Shown here: in pieces, positions 22,866-35,475 of the stretch
Numbering within the stretch: the stretch's first letter is position 1
How the letters are laid out: the number at the start of each line of letters is the position of its first letter
DNA from: Mustelus asterias
Lineage: Eukaryota
NCBI RefSeq assembly: GCF_964213995.1
Contig: NC_135809.1
Span: 97,340,001-97,404,000 of the forward strand
Direction: 5' to 3'
Length of the DNA stretch: 64,000 nt
Made by a program: the position numbers and the translations under genes
Notes under the pieces: generated by a model
The model's database searches: none
What the model was told of the DNA's origin: nothing
Seen by the model: only the letters and a program-made list of their open reading frames with translations

Positions 22866-23491
22866 TGAGGGGGTGCAGCTCTAAGGTTAGGAAAGCCCCA
22901 TTTTTCAGATACTTTTAATGTCCTGCTGGTTTAACTGCAGGAAACATTGAAAATTTTTTTCTGTTGGTTTCATACCCGTAGGCAATCTAATTGACAGGTA
23001 GGAAGCCTGTTTCACAAGATTGCAGCCTATGAAAGCAAATATATATAGTGGGGGAGTAAGAGAGATGACTAGAGGTGGGAGTCTGACTGCCAGTGGGAGT
23101 GGGGGAGGGGCATGTCTAATGTTGGTCGGGGGCACAGGCAATATTTACTCGGTGACTTGTTTGGGCTCCTGCTCCTCCTGGCCCACAAGCAGTGCTGTAA
23201 ATGCAGTCATGGATTTAACCCTCGTTCACCTTTTTCCCACCAGTTTTCCTGAGGCCTCAGTAATCCAGCCACCTCTGGCTAAAAGCAGATTACCTACTAG
23301 AATTAAGACGGACAGCCTTGTAATAAAATTGAAATGACCAACACATTTCCCATCGTCTCACATCTGTTAAAATCAGCATTGAATGGATTTGAGGAGGTTT
23401 TGGATCCTTTTTCTGAGTTTTTGCACTTTAATGTCTGTCATGAACTTAACCCATCCATTTGTGGGAGCTAAGATTTGGCCCTTCTTGTTTG

Positions 23492-24442
23492 AGGTGCTTT
23501 GAAAGGCTAGTCAAGGCACGAATCAATTCCAGCCTTCCAGACTACCTGGATCCACTACAGTTTGCCTACTATCGCAACAGGTCCATAGCAGATGCCATCT
23601 CTCTGGCACTGCACTCTGAAACATCTAGATAACAAGGACACCTATGTCAGGCTCCTATTTATTGACTATAGCCCAGCCTTCAACACTATTATTCCCATGA
23701 AACTCATCTCCAAACTCCGTGGCCTGGGTCTCGACACCTCCCTCTGAGACTGAATCCTAAACTTCCTAACTTACTGACCACAATCAGTAAGGATACGCAA
23801 CAACACCTCATCCACGATCATCCTCAACACCGGTGCTCCACAAGGCTGTGTTCTCAGCCCCCTACTATACTCCTTATACACCAACCTCTCTACTTTCTCA
23901 GAAGACTAAGGAAATTTGGCATGTCAGCTACAACTCTCACCAACTTTTGCAGATGCACCGTAGAAAGCATTCTTTCTGGTTGTATCACAGCTTGGTATGG
24001 CTCCTGCTCTGCCTAAGACTGCAAGGAACTACAAAAAGACATGAATGTAGCCCAATTCATCACGCAAACCAGCCTCCCATCCATTGACTCTGTCTACACT
24101 TCCTTCTGCCTCGGCAAGGCAGCCAACCTAATTAAGGACCCCATGCACCACGGACATTTTCTCTTCTACCTTCTTCCATTGGGAAAAAGAGACAAAAGTC
24201 CGAGGTCATGTACCAAACGACTCAAGAACAGCTTCTTCCCTGCTGCTGTCAGACTTTTAAATGGACTTACCTTGTATTAAGTTGATCTTTCTCTGCACCC
24301 TAGCTATGACTGTAACACTACATTCTGCACTCTCTTGTTTCCTTCTCTATGAACGGTATGTTTTGTCTGTATAGCGCGCAAAAAACAATACTTTTCATTG
24401 TATGTTAATACATGTGACAATAATAAATCAAATCAAATCAAA
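23492..24442 (+). mobile_element. Rex1/Babar LINE fragment with internal deletion
   Basis: CFERLV...[17 protein letters not shown]...[16 protein letters not shown]...TGAPQGCVLSPLLYSLYT, jumping to a C-terminus RLKNSFFPAAVRLLN; (aatca)n tail. Confidence 0.88.
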
Positions 24443-24928
24443 GGTGCTGATGGTGGTTGGAGGGAAAGGATGGAGGAAAAGAATTAGGGCCTGGGTGGGA
24501 TTGTAGTCGGTACAGACTCAATGGGCCAATGGCCTCCTTCTGCACTGTAAGGATTCTATTCTATGAATTCAAGGAAGTGAATATTCATTGAAAAGATAAG
24601 CCGCATATATAAGCCGTTGTCCATATCTCCATTATTTTCCAAGAGTCGATTTGGATGATTGATTCGTTTTTGACTATCTTTCATCCCCTTGTTCTGGCAT
24701 CAGCAGCAAGTGGACGTATCCACGCTACCAAATGCCTTCATCATTTTAAAGATCTATAAATGGTCTCATTTTGGTATTTTCTTCCAGGGAAAACAGCCCA
24801 GGTTGCTTTCTCTTTGTTGGTAATACCACTTCTCACATTCTGTTCATCCAAGAAAAATCTTTTATAACTTCTCCTCCCTGTTTTCCTTGGTGCAGCCATC
24901 TCTCAATCCTTTCTGCTGCCTGACACCT

Positions 24929-26395
24929 GGGCCCGATTTTACCATTTTCATTCTAAGTGCCGAATCTGGGCGTAGTACAGATCCAACTTAGAAATCTGCT
25001 TTCAGGTGCCCCCATACGCTCTCAGCCATCTCCAGTCCCATTCGCGTTGTGGGCGGGGCTTAGTGCAGCTGGAACGATCGGAGTTCTGAACTGCGCATGC
25101 GCAGTTAGAAAAAAATTGGAAAAAGCGCGCCCATGTCAGATCGCTCCCGAGCCGCAGAAAGCGGAGAAAGCGGCCCGGGAGTGAAAAGCGGGAGCGAGGG
25201 TGTATCTCAGTGGGGGGGGGGGGGGGGGGGGGGAGGGAGGCAGGTAAGATGTATCTTTGGGGGGGGGGGCAGATGGATCTCTGGGGGGCGGCAGATGGAT
25301 CTCTGGTGGGGGGGCAGGGGGGTTCGCTGCCACTCTGCGGGCGATTGGTGTGGGGGAGGGGGGCAAGGGTGGCGATTGGTCTGGGTAGTGGGGGGTGGAT
25401 AAGGGGGGCAGTGATGTGTGTGGGTAGTGGGGGGGTGGATAAGGGAGGTGTGTGGGTAGTAGGGGGTTGGATAAGGGGGGCAGTGATGTGTGTGGGTAGT
25501 AGGGGGTTGGATAAGGGGGGCAGTGATTTGTGTGGGTAGTGGGGGGGTGGATAAGGGGGAACACACACACATCTCTTCCCCCCTTATCCAACCCCGCACT
25601 ACCCAGACCGATCGCCACCCCTGCCCCCCTCCCCCACCACCGATCGCCCACAGAGTGGCAGTGGACCCCCTGCCCCCCCACCAGAGATCCATCTGCCCCC
25701 CTCCCGAGATACATCTTACCCATCTCCCTCCTCCCCCCCCCCCAGGACAATGATCTGGCCTCACTCCCCCCCCCGACAATGAACGTGCCTCATCCGCCCC
25801 CCAGAGAATGGTCTGGCCTCACTCCCCCCGCCCCTCCAGAAGAACATCTGACCCACCTCCTCACCCCCACCACCAGATAACAATCAGGTTAACTCCCCCC
25901 GCCCCGCCAGAGATACATCTGACCCGCCTCCTCCTCCTCCCCCCCAACCAGACAACGATCTAACCTCACTCCCCTCCTCCCCCCTCCAACCAGAGAATGA
26001 TCTGACCCGCCTCCACCCCCACCCCCACCACTGATCTGAGTCAGAGAGCCGTTGGAAACACTGAACGCGCTCTTCAGAGGCTGGAGCACCAGACTCAGAC
26101 TTTTATTCAGCAGGTCCCTAAAAGCACGGTTCCGGATTGGTAAACACAGTGGTAAATGGGGAAATTTTGATAGAGTTGGGCGGGCAGTTCATTAATTCAA
26201 TTTAAATGCATGCAAATGCATTTAAATCGTCGTTGCGCCCGATTTGGGCGTGGAACGGATCCCCACCATTCGCGGGTCTCGGTAAAGTGGCGATCTGTGC
26301 GGACGCAGGTGCAGATCGTGATAAAGGCCTCACACCCGACTTTACCATGATTTCGCGCCTGAAAACAGGCACAAATTGTTGGTAAACTTGGGCCC
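24929..26395. mobile_element. MITE-like element with internal fold-back palindrome and G/C-rich tandem repeats, inserted in an old minus-strand CR1
   Basis: TIR gggcccgattttacca / tggtaaacttgggccc; flanks cct/cat; CR1 RT remnant continues at about 26397-26520. Confidence 0.7.
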
Positions 26396-27717
26396 CATGT
26401 GTTCTTATCTTTACCCTAAACCTCTTATATGCCATTTTATTGAAGGCCTCCTGAAAGCCTATGTATAACCACGTCCACTGCATTGTGCTCGCCTATTTAA
26501 TCTATTCAATGAAGTTGGTCAAACATACCTTCACTTTTAGAACCTGTTATGATTTCTTTTAGTTGCCATCTTCTTTACCTCTAGATGCTTTGTTCGCTGA
26601 TCCTTTGAGCAAAGTTTCAAGTGTTTTTCCTGCCACTAATGTTCTAGTTCTCCACATTATTTCCATCTCCCTGCAACATTTGCATTGGGAGAAATTGTTA
26701 AATTACAGCATGGCATGAGTTTGCAAAGATTTAAAGTGAGAATGAGAATTTTGAAGTCATCTCATTGTGGAATCGGGTATTAAATCTGAGAATTCTTTCT
26801 AATATCTGTGAATAAGTCTATGATCAGCTCAGTGTGTCTGTGGACAATGTATCAACTTGACCTTCATATCATACCTTCTTCTTCTTCTATGATCAACAGG
26901 TGAACAGGCCCATGTTTGAAACTTCATATTCATTGAACTGAGAGTGATGGTGGATCACTCCCACTCCCAGTGCTGAAACATGTGCTGCAAAGCGGTCCCC
27001 TAATTTTCCCAGTAAATTTGATTCTTTTTAACTTGAGTACAAATTATTTTGGTACAGAAATCATCAATAATAAGTGATAAAGAGTGGAAGTATGAAATCG
27101 AGTGGAGGAATTTAAATTCTAACCTGGAATGTACTTCCAGCTATCATTCATTTTCAAATATATTGGACCCTCTACCTACGGTAAACTGCCCAAGAGAACA
27201 ATATTGCCTTATCCTGCCTGATCTGACACAGAGCTACTGTAAAATACGTTCTCACTCCTGTATAATTTAAACAAGCAGCTCCAGAAATGTTGATTTAAGG
27301 ATAATTGATGCCAATCCATGTGTTCAATATTGAACTCACGTGTACACTCTGGTTTCTCTTGGTCCAATGTCTTAGTGGAATCATTCTAAGAGTTCCAGGG
27401 AGGATCTGAACTTTCCACAACTTGAATTACATAAAAGTGGAGAAGCTACATCTCCTGGTGACCCATGTCTGAGCATTACTCCAATCCAATTCACAAGATA
27501 CTTACCGAAAAGGGAGGAAGACTTTTGGCCCTTTTAAATTCTTCCATCCAGAGCTACCCCACACTACCTCCATGTGCACTGAATTATTTCTACATTCAGC
27601 TTGATCTAGGCCACTCTAAATTTTCTGTATTCCAGAAACTGCAGCTTTCAACTCTGCGGACACTGTTAGCATCTAATTTCCTTTTGAAATCACCTCCACT
27701 TTCACCAACATCTTAGG

Positions 27718-28134
27718 CTCACTGGAACGACGAAGGTTGAGGGGCGGCCTAATAGAAGTCTACATGATTATGTGGGGCATGGACAGAGTGGATAGTCAGA
27801 AGCTTTTTCCCAGGGTGGAAGAGCCAATTACTAGAGGGCATAAATTTAAGATGCGAGGGGCAAGATATAAAGGAGATGTATGAGGCAAGTTTTTTACACA
27901 GAGGGTGGTGGGTGCCTAGAACTCGCTGCCGGGGGTGGTAGTGGAAGCAGATACGATAGTGACTTTTAAGCGGCGTTGGGACAAATGCATGAATAGAATG
28001 GGAATAGAGGGATTTGGTCCCCGGGAGGGTAGGGGGTTTTAATTCAGTCAGGCAGCATGGTTGGTGCAGGCTTGGAGGGCCGAAAGGCCTGTTCCTGTGC
28101 TGCAATTTTCTTTGTTCTCTTTGTTCTTTGTTCT
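27718..28134 (+). mobile_element. CR1 LINE 3' end
   Basis: SLERRRLRGGLIEVY..TRGHKFK; (ttctttg)n tail. Confidence 0.88.
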
Positions 28135-29189
28135 CATCCTGTATAGACAGTTTAGACTAAATGCCAGTTCGATAATACATTTAGGTGGTCTCAATGCAAT
28201 GGTAATGACCTGGAAATTGCTGCCTAAGAGGTTGGTGAAAGTGGAGGTGATTTCAAAGGGAAATTAGATAGGTGCCTGAAGAAACTAAACTTGTAGGGCC
28301 ACTGGGATAGGGCGATCGGGGAATGTGACTGACTGGAGTGCTCCATAGAGAGCCGGTGCCAACGTAATGGGCCAAATGATTTCCTTCTGTGTCATGATAG
28401 CTCTATGACATACCTCACTACCGGGCATGGGTTTAAAATTCAGAGGGGTCTCAAGATTAAAAAACGCTGTGCTTTTATTTTGGGAATACCATTGTTCATA
28501 TGTGGTCAGCTTAACCAGGAAGCTGCTTGAAGCTAATGACTGGTATTAAAAAATCTCTTTTAACTTGTTCTGGAAGGCTGAATCAAACTAGATGAGTCTG
28601 TTCGAATGGACACGTTTCTTTCTCCTGACCCACTGGTACAGGAATGGTGTTTACTGTCGTCAGGCAGCTGGCCCCATGACTCTGGCATTCAAGTTCTTCG
28701 GGCGTGCTTTGTTGCCTCTATCCAGCTCGTTCCTGATTCGCGGCCTGTGTCGTCACATAAAATGCAGCTGTCTCTGGGATGAAGAAGCTACTTTTGGGGT
28801 GCCAGCCAGTCTGACTGCCTGCAATTAGAGAAACCCAGAGTCCCTCGCGGCCTTTCCAAACAACACTCATCAAATCCTGCTGGGCTAGAGAGGCAGCACC
28901 CTCTACAGGCGAGACAGAAAATGCACCAGGAAAAAGATTTAGCTCTGTTTCAAGTTTCACTGAAGCTGGGTAAAAGTAACTGATATATAAATCACCTGCA
29001 TTATTACAGAGTGACTCCCAAACACGAAATATCCTGATGAAATATATCTATCTCTTGGTGGGCTAAAAGGATGAAACTTGCTTGTCAGAGCCAAGTCATT
29101 GGGATGAAGAGATTAAAATAATAACTATTATTCAGATTGTCTCAGTCACTGGGACTGACTGTAATATCGCACTGAAATATTATCTTTTG

Positions 29190-29880
29190 TTTAATGCCCT
29201 CTCTGATCTCATCTTATCCATGAAACCCACCTCCTGCTCCCTTGATCCTCTTCCCACTGAACTGCTGACTGAACGTTGAATATTCCTGGCTGGTCTCCCA
29301 CATTCTATCCTCCATAAACTTGAGGTCATCCAAAACTCTGCTGTGTCTTAAACTTGCACCGAGTCCCATTCCTCTCTCACTGCTGTGCTCGCTGCCTGGC
29401 ACTGATTTCCTGTCAAGCAACATCCTGGGCGGGATTTTTCATGGGTGGGATTTTCCATGACCGGAAAATCCCACCCGAGATCAACGGACCTTTGCATGGT
29501 CCTGTCTCGTGGCGGGCGGGACAGGAAATGTCCGCCTCATGACTTTACAATTCTCATCCTGTTTTCCAATCCCTCCATGGCCTCGTCCCTTCCTATCTCT
29601 GGAATCTCCTCCAGTCCCACAATCCTCCAAGTTATCTGCACTCCTCTAACTCTGGCCTCTTGAGGAACCTCAATTTTAGTCACTCCACCATAGGTGGCTG
29701 CACCTTCCGCTGCCTAGGCCCTTACCTTCCCAACACTTCTCTGCCTCACTAACTTGCTTTCTTCCTTTGGCCATCTGACCGACTACCTCCTGGTGTGATT
29801 CGGTGTCATATTTTGTTTACAACTTGTCCTGTGAAGTGCCTTGAGACGTTTTATTACTTTAAAGACACTATATATATATA
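29190..29880 (+). mobile_element. L2-type LINE remnants with a short MITE nested at about 29426-29540
   Basis: MKPTSCSLDPLPTELL, KLEVIQNSA and a 3' end cctgtgaagtgccttgagacgttttattactttaaagacactatata typical of L2. Confidence 0.65.
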
Positions 29881-30682
29881 AACTGTTGATGTAAAAACAG
29901 GCTTTACCTAATGAACAGGAATTATTTCATACAAATGAAATATGTAATCTATCTGGCTGAATCAATAGCTCTCAGTTCTCCATGTTGATTGGGTGAGCTG
30001 ATATTAAAGAGAGCTGTTGAGAAAAGTGGTCTTAAGGTCAACAAAATCACCTATGCTACCAGTTCTAAGAAAAACCGCACATCCCAGCTGCACTGCTGAA
30101 AGGCTTCTTATATTGTCAGGAATATTAACTCGGGCCTTAGAATTAGGGAGGCTGATTTTCTGCCTTGTTTAAGTCTTCCTAAAAAGTGAGACCGAATAAA
30201 TGTTTTAGGAAACGGCACCTTAGAATTCAGGACTGTCTTCTGGTCATTCCAAAACACATTCCAAATCATATTTATGTACACCAGCGTGGGAGGCAATATC
30301 TGTGTATAACCAGCCAGCATATTAAAAGAACTATTCAACTTCCATGGTCCTAAATTCAGTGCGAGCCAGTTTTGGTACGTGTGAAACAATCTCATTTCAT
30401 ATATTGAGTTCAGATTTGTGAATGTTAGGAGCATTCTCTCTCACCTTGACTGCAGGATAATATGCATCAAGCCTCATGATTCATGAAGCCACTTGCTTAG
30501 TACACCATTTAAGATCATTCAGCTCTTCTGACCCGGATTTTCCTGCAACATTCTTGTGTAAAAATCTTGCTATATGCTGTTTCAGTAAAAGTTTGAATGA
30601 AGCTTATTCCATTGGATAGCAATGGTTTTGTCATTTGTAAAATCTGTTATAACGGATCATTTTTATAGCCTGCTGGATTTAG

Positions 30683-31560
30683 TGGGGGGATTTTCAGTGT
30701 TGATTGTCAGAGAGAATGACGATGTGGGTGGAAAATCCAGAGACACTCGTCAATCGCGATTCTCTCTACAGAGATCATGGGCAAGATTCTCCGGCCAGTC
30801 ACGCCAATAGGATTCTTTGGTCCCGCTGCAGTGAATGGAGATTTGGCTGAGCACCAAATTCCCCGTCCTTGCTGGCAGCGATGATGCTGGCAGCGGAGTG
30901 TGAACAGCTGGAGAATTCCAGCCCATGTTTCTCAATATACCCCGCCCTTTGCCAGTGATGTCATGAGGTTCACGCCCACAAAGGGTGGAACCCAATTTAA
31001 ATAGATTTTAATGTACTTAAATATTATCAATGGCTCCTGCCACATGATGCTCCCCTCACATTCTTTCACAACAGGTTTAGCCAAATGAGAGGGAGTTGAG
31101 GGGATCCCTCCGGGGACACAGAAGTACATTTAGCTCCCAAGCGGAAAGGGACTGCCCTAGCACTGGTTGGCATTGCCAGTTCCAATCTGGCAGTGCCAAC
31201 CTATGCGAGAGGGAGCCCCGTTTGGTAGGGGGGTATGGGGGCAAGTTCATTTATATGCAGTCGTGGGGGGGGGGGGGGGGGGGGGAGTGGGTGGGGAGCA
31301 GCGGGTACTGAGGAGGGATGGGAATACCAGTGATGATTGTGGATGGGGGAGGGTGGGGTAGAGTCCCGATACCTCTGTGGTGGGTGGGGGTTGAGGTGAT
31401 TATATTTTGCCCTTTAAAGATAGGGCCCTGATACCTGAGGATTGGGTCTTGCTGGTTCTATGAGGCTTTGCCCCTCAGAGTGAAGGCCTAAAACACACCC
31501 ACTCTTTTTTTAGACGGCAAGGCTGAAGATCTGGAGAAAAAATTAGTCGGTGGAGCTGGA
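30683..31560. mobile_element. G-rich MITE-like element containing a nested short palindromic MITE (30779-30924)
   Basis: The nested unit gggcaagattctcc...ggagaattccagccc shares its core with 44425-44560; the outer part resembles 43127-43965. Confidence 0.55.
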
Positions 31561-32099
31561 GATGTGCATGCCGGTTTTCAGTCTCAGCCTGACACTTCGA
31601 AAAATTAATATTAATCTGATCAGATTTTAGCATTTCTTTTAAATTGTTGACTTTGCCGTTCTGTTCAGCTGCCACATTTAGACAGGGAGGCTCGCTGCCA
31701 GCCTGCAAGTGGCCAGATTTATTGAATGAAATGGTTGGTGGTTATTAATAGAGAATGGAACATTTTTCAACTTTGCTGACTCGGAATTGCCTACTCCCAG
31801 TATAGTAAAGGCCAGGTGTAGAGTCTCCCAGATAATGTGCTTTCACCCTAACTTGTGACATTCCATTTCTTGTTCAAACTTGGTTATTGTCTCTGAGGAA
31901 AGCTGCCAGTTCGTATGGACCAGATTTTTAACCCGGTAAGATCTGCTTGAGACTTGCATTGAATCATTTCCAATTTTTAGTCTTGAAACTGGTATTGAGA
32001 GCACATCTAACATGGGCATCAAATGAAGGATAGTAATCTTGTGAGAAGGAGTTCAAGATTTTCTTACTGCTTGTATCCTAATCACTCCAAGGCACTTAA

Positions 32100-32310
32100 C
32101 ATCCTGACTTGGAAATATACCCCCGTTCCCTTCGCAGTCGCTGGGTCAACATCCTGGAATTCCCTCCCTCACGGTATTGTGGTGAACCCACAGCATGTGG
32201 ACGGCAACGTTTCAAGAAGGCAGCTCATCACCACCTTCTCAAGGGCAACTAGGGTTAGGCAATAAATGCTGGTCAGCCAGTGACACCCATATCCCACAAA
32301 TGAATAAAAG
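32100..32310 (+). mobile_element. CR1-group LINE 3' end (tail shared with SINE at 35123-35475)
   Basis: WNSLP motif then ...ggcaataaatgctggtcagccagtgacacccatatcccacaaatgaataaaa. Confidence 0.75.
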
Positions 32311-33009
32311 AAGTTGCAAAATTACTGCTTGAGGAAGTGTTTGATTGCTAATGTGCTGAATTTGCCATTTAGCTACCTTGGAAGTGTCAGATTATGCACT
32401 TAAGCGTTAAGTGCTGCATATTGCCTTACTGATGCATTACTCGTTTGATACATTCATCTTACTCAAGTTGAGCTGATGTTGCTGCTGAAGGTACATTGAG
32501 AAAATTGGAGTCTTGAATTAAAGTTGGGCTGCTGCAAATTTATTTTCCATGTTTTTAGGTTTCTGTGAACTAGGGTAGTTGTACTTCGAGCTCTGCCAGC
32601 GTGGGACTTGCCAGAGGAGGACCAGTAATATCAGAAAAAACTTCCAATGATGCTCGGTGGCAAGTAAATCGCTAAAAATTATCTGTCACAGAATGCACAC
32701 TTAATTACGTAGGAATGAGTGCCTCAGAGTGTTTAGCAGGGATCCAATGACGTTCCTTCAGGAAGATCTCCAGACAATGCACAGCATCAGTTAAGTACTA
32801 ACAGTGGATATTAAAGTCAAGCCCTGAATTTGTATGTGCTTCTTCTTTGCATAAAAGTGATTTCTATTCCCATGTACTGAGAAGAAGTGAAGTACAAGTA
32901 CCACAAAGCTCCTGCTACAACCAGAATTACAAACACTATTAGGACCATGAAGCAGTACTTCAGCTGCCTGGACTGATGAAGGATGAACCTGCAGTGAAAT
33001 CCCTCCTTC

Positions 33010-33325
33010 TCATAGAAGAATCATAGAAGCCCTACAGTGCAGAAGGAGGCCATTTGGCCCATCGAGTCTGCGCTGACAACAATCCCATTCAGGCCCTACT
33101 CCCGTAACCCCACATAACCCCACTAATCCCTCTAACCGATGCATCCCGGGGCACTAAGGGGCAATTTAGCATGGCCAAGCAACCTAACCCGCACATCTTT
33201 GGACTGTGGGAGGAAACCCACGCAGACATGTGGAGAATGTGCAAACTCCTCACAGACAGTGACCCAAGCTGGGAATCGAACCTGGGTCCCTGGCGCTTTG
33301 GGACCACTGTGCCACCGTGCTGCCC
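33010..33325 (-). mobile_element. HE1-like SINE
   Basis: Reverse complement matches 15440-15748. Confidence 0.88.
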
Positions 33326-34707
33326 TTTCCAATGTTTTCTGAATAATTGTCATCCAGTGTACAATCTTTTAACTTTTCCCTGTAAAGAACCTTCACATGC
33401 AGTTTGATGGTCAAGATAGCAAAGCCATGCCATGGCAAGAAAGTGAAAACATCATTTAGAAATTAGCACTGGTAATGCTTCAAGCAAGATAGTCCACCAG
33501 ACACTAATTCCAGTGTACATTTAAAAGAGACTCACAGCCACACCATTTCTTCATGTGGAAGCTACATCCATATAAAGCAACCCTTCTGAAATCACTTTGT
33601 CTCACACTTTCTGGATCAGTTGCCATCATATGTTAATGTGCCATACTGTAATCAATGGACAAATAATACACAATGCAAAGTTTGTGAGCAATGTATCTAT
33701 TTCGCTTATTATGCAATGTTGGACTGTTGGCACTTGGGCTGGCATGATGCTGTTCCTCATTACTCATATTTGTTTCAGACGTGTTGCACATAACCCACTG
33801 TTCACACAGTGATTCTCTCGTGGAAAGTGTGCTTTTGGGCGACAGGATTTCACTGATAACCAGGTGGGATTCTGATAGATTTTAACCCTACCTCAGCTAT
33901 GCATGTGAATCAGTCATATCCTGCCTTTGATGGCTGACTGCTGGCACTTGCATTTCAGTCATCTCATTCTAGTTGCCTAGTTCACTGGAGGTTGAAGGGA
34001 AGAGCAGCTTGGTTATTACTTTAAGATATGCTACTCAGCTTCTATACTTTTAGTGAATAGTCTGCAAATTTACACACTCTGAAACATAACTCTCCAGTGA
34101 TGTTTGTCAGAGCTAATTTGGATGCTTTTCTGCCTATTAATTTCAGCTGAAGAAAAAGGGAAATACTTCCATTTTTACATTGACTGGCTTGCTGTATGGA
34201 TGTGTAGCCTCTGTTGGGGGTAATTGGATGATGTTTAAAAATGTGCAGGATTGAATTGGTCAGTTATGCAACACATCACCTGAATGGGAGGGAAAAACAG
34301 GCAATCAATCCAATACTATTCAATACCATTATCCAAAATTAACCATTGTAATACTTACCCTGAGAAGATTAACATGGTTTGTTTCTCTCAGAAGCTTATA
34401 ATAGCCCACCATGAACTGCTGAATAGTACATGAACAGCAATTTTCTAGATTTGTATCATTTGTAGTTAATGAGTCAGAGAGTGTTACGAAATCCCTGGAT
34501 TCATATGTGAGTTGCAATTCTTGGAATTGTGAGTATTGAAATGTTCCTTTTTAAAAAATCCCACAATCTGATGCCAACAGATTTTGCATGAGACATGCTC
34601 ATGAATATAAAAGAGAGAATGTTTTCTAATCTTTCTACAATAAAATATATTAATTACAATTATAGAAACATTCCTTTATAATGGATGAATTGTTTGGTGA
34701 TTCTTCA

Positions 34708-34981
34708 ATAAGAGTTTTAACAACACCAGGTTAAAGTCCAACAGGTTTATTTGGTAGCAAATGCCATTAGCTTTCGGAGCGCTGCTCCTTCGTCAGATGG
34801 AGTGCATATCTGCTCTCAAACAGGGCACAGAGACACAAAATCAAGTTACAGAATACTGACTAGAATGCGGATCTCTACAACCAACCAGGTCTTAATGATA
34901 CAGACAATGTGAGTGGAGGGAGCATTAAGCACAGGTTAAAGAGATGTGTACTGTCTCCAGACAGGACAGCCAGTGAGATTC
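34708..34981 (-). mobile_element. Penelope-like terminal repeat (related to 13140-13417)
   Basis: Clear similarity to the 3' end of the PLE at 12221-13417. Confidence 0.88.
34764..34800 (-). ncRNA. Minimal type I hammerhead ribozyme
   Basis: ccat-CTGACGA-a-ggagc-agc-gctcc-GAA-AGCT-A-atgg with a perfect stem I (ccat/atgg). Confidence 0.78.
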
Positions 34982-35122
34982 CAATTGATTTTGCCTCAGT
35001 TCATTATCAAACTAATTACAGTATCACTGATTGATCTCTTATTTTTAAGATTCCCCTTTTTCTACCCTTTCCTGATACCATACATTCTTTGTCCCTTGGG
35101 CCCAAGCTTTTTGACCTATTTT

Positions 35123-35475
35123 TAAAATTCATTAGTGGGAAATGGGCGTTGTTGGCTGGCCAGCATTTGTTGGCCTGCCCTTGTTCAGAGGGCAGTTAAG
35201 AGTCAACCACATTGCTGTGGCTCTGGAGTCATGTGTACGCCAGACCAGGGAAGGACGGCAGATTTCCTTCTCTAAAGGACATTAGTGAACCAGATGGGTT
35301 TTTCTGATAATCAACAGTGGTTTCATGGTCATCAGTAGATTCTTAATCCCAGCTCTTTTTAATGAATTCAAATTCCACCATCTGCTGTGGTGGGATTCGA
35401 ACTCATGTCCCCAGAACATTACCTGAGTTTCTTGATTAATAATCTCGCGATAATACCACTAGGCTTTTGCCTCCC
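35123..35475 (-). mobile_element. tRNA-derived SINE, probably MetaSINE type
   Basis: B box gagttcgaatccc; central ggttcactaatgtcctttagagaaggaaatctgccgtcctt resembles the Meta domain (from memory); tail matches the LINE end at 32250-32310. Confidence 0.7.

Noticed and set aside
25380-25570. CRISPR-like array
   Set aside because: Head-to-tail degenerate minisatellite without unique spacers, in a eukaryotic context with no cas genes.
25002-26089. Pro/Gly-rich ORFs up to 204 aa
   Set aside because: They are translations of low-complexity G/C repeats inside a MITE.
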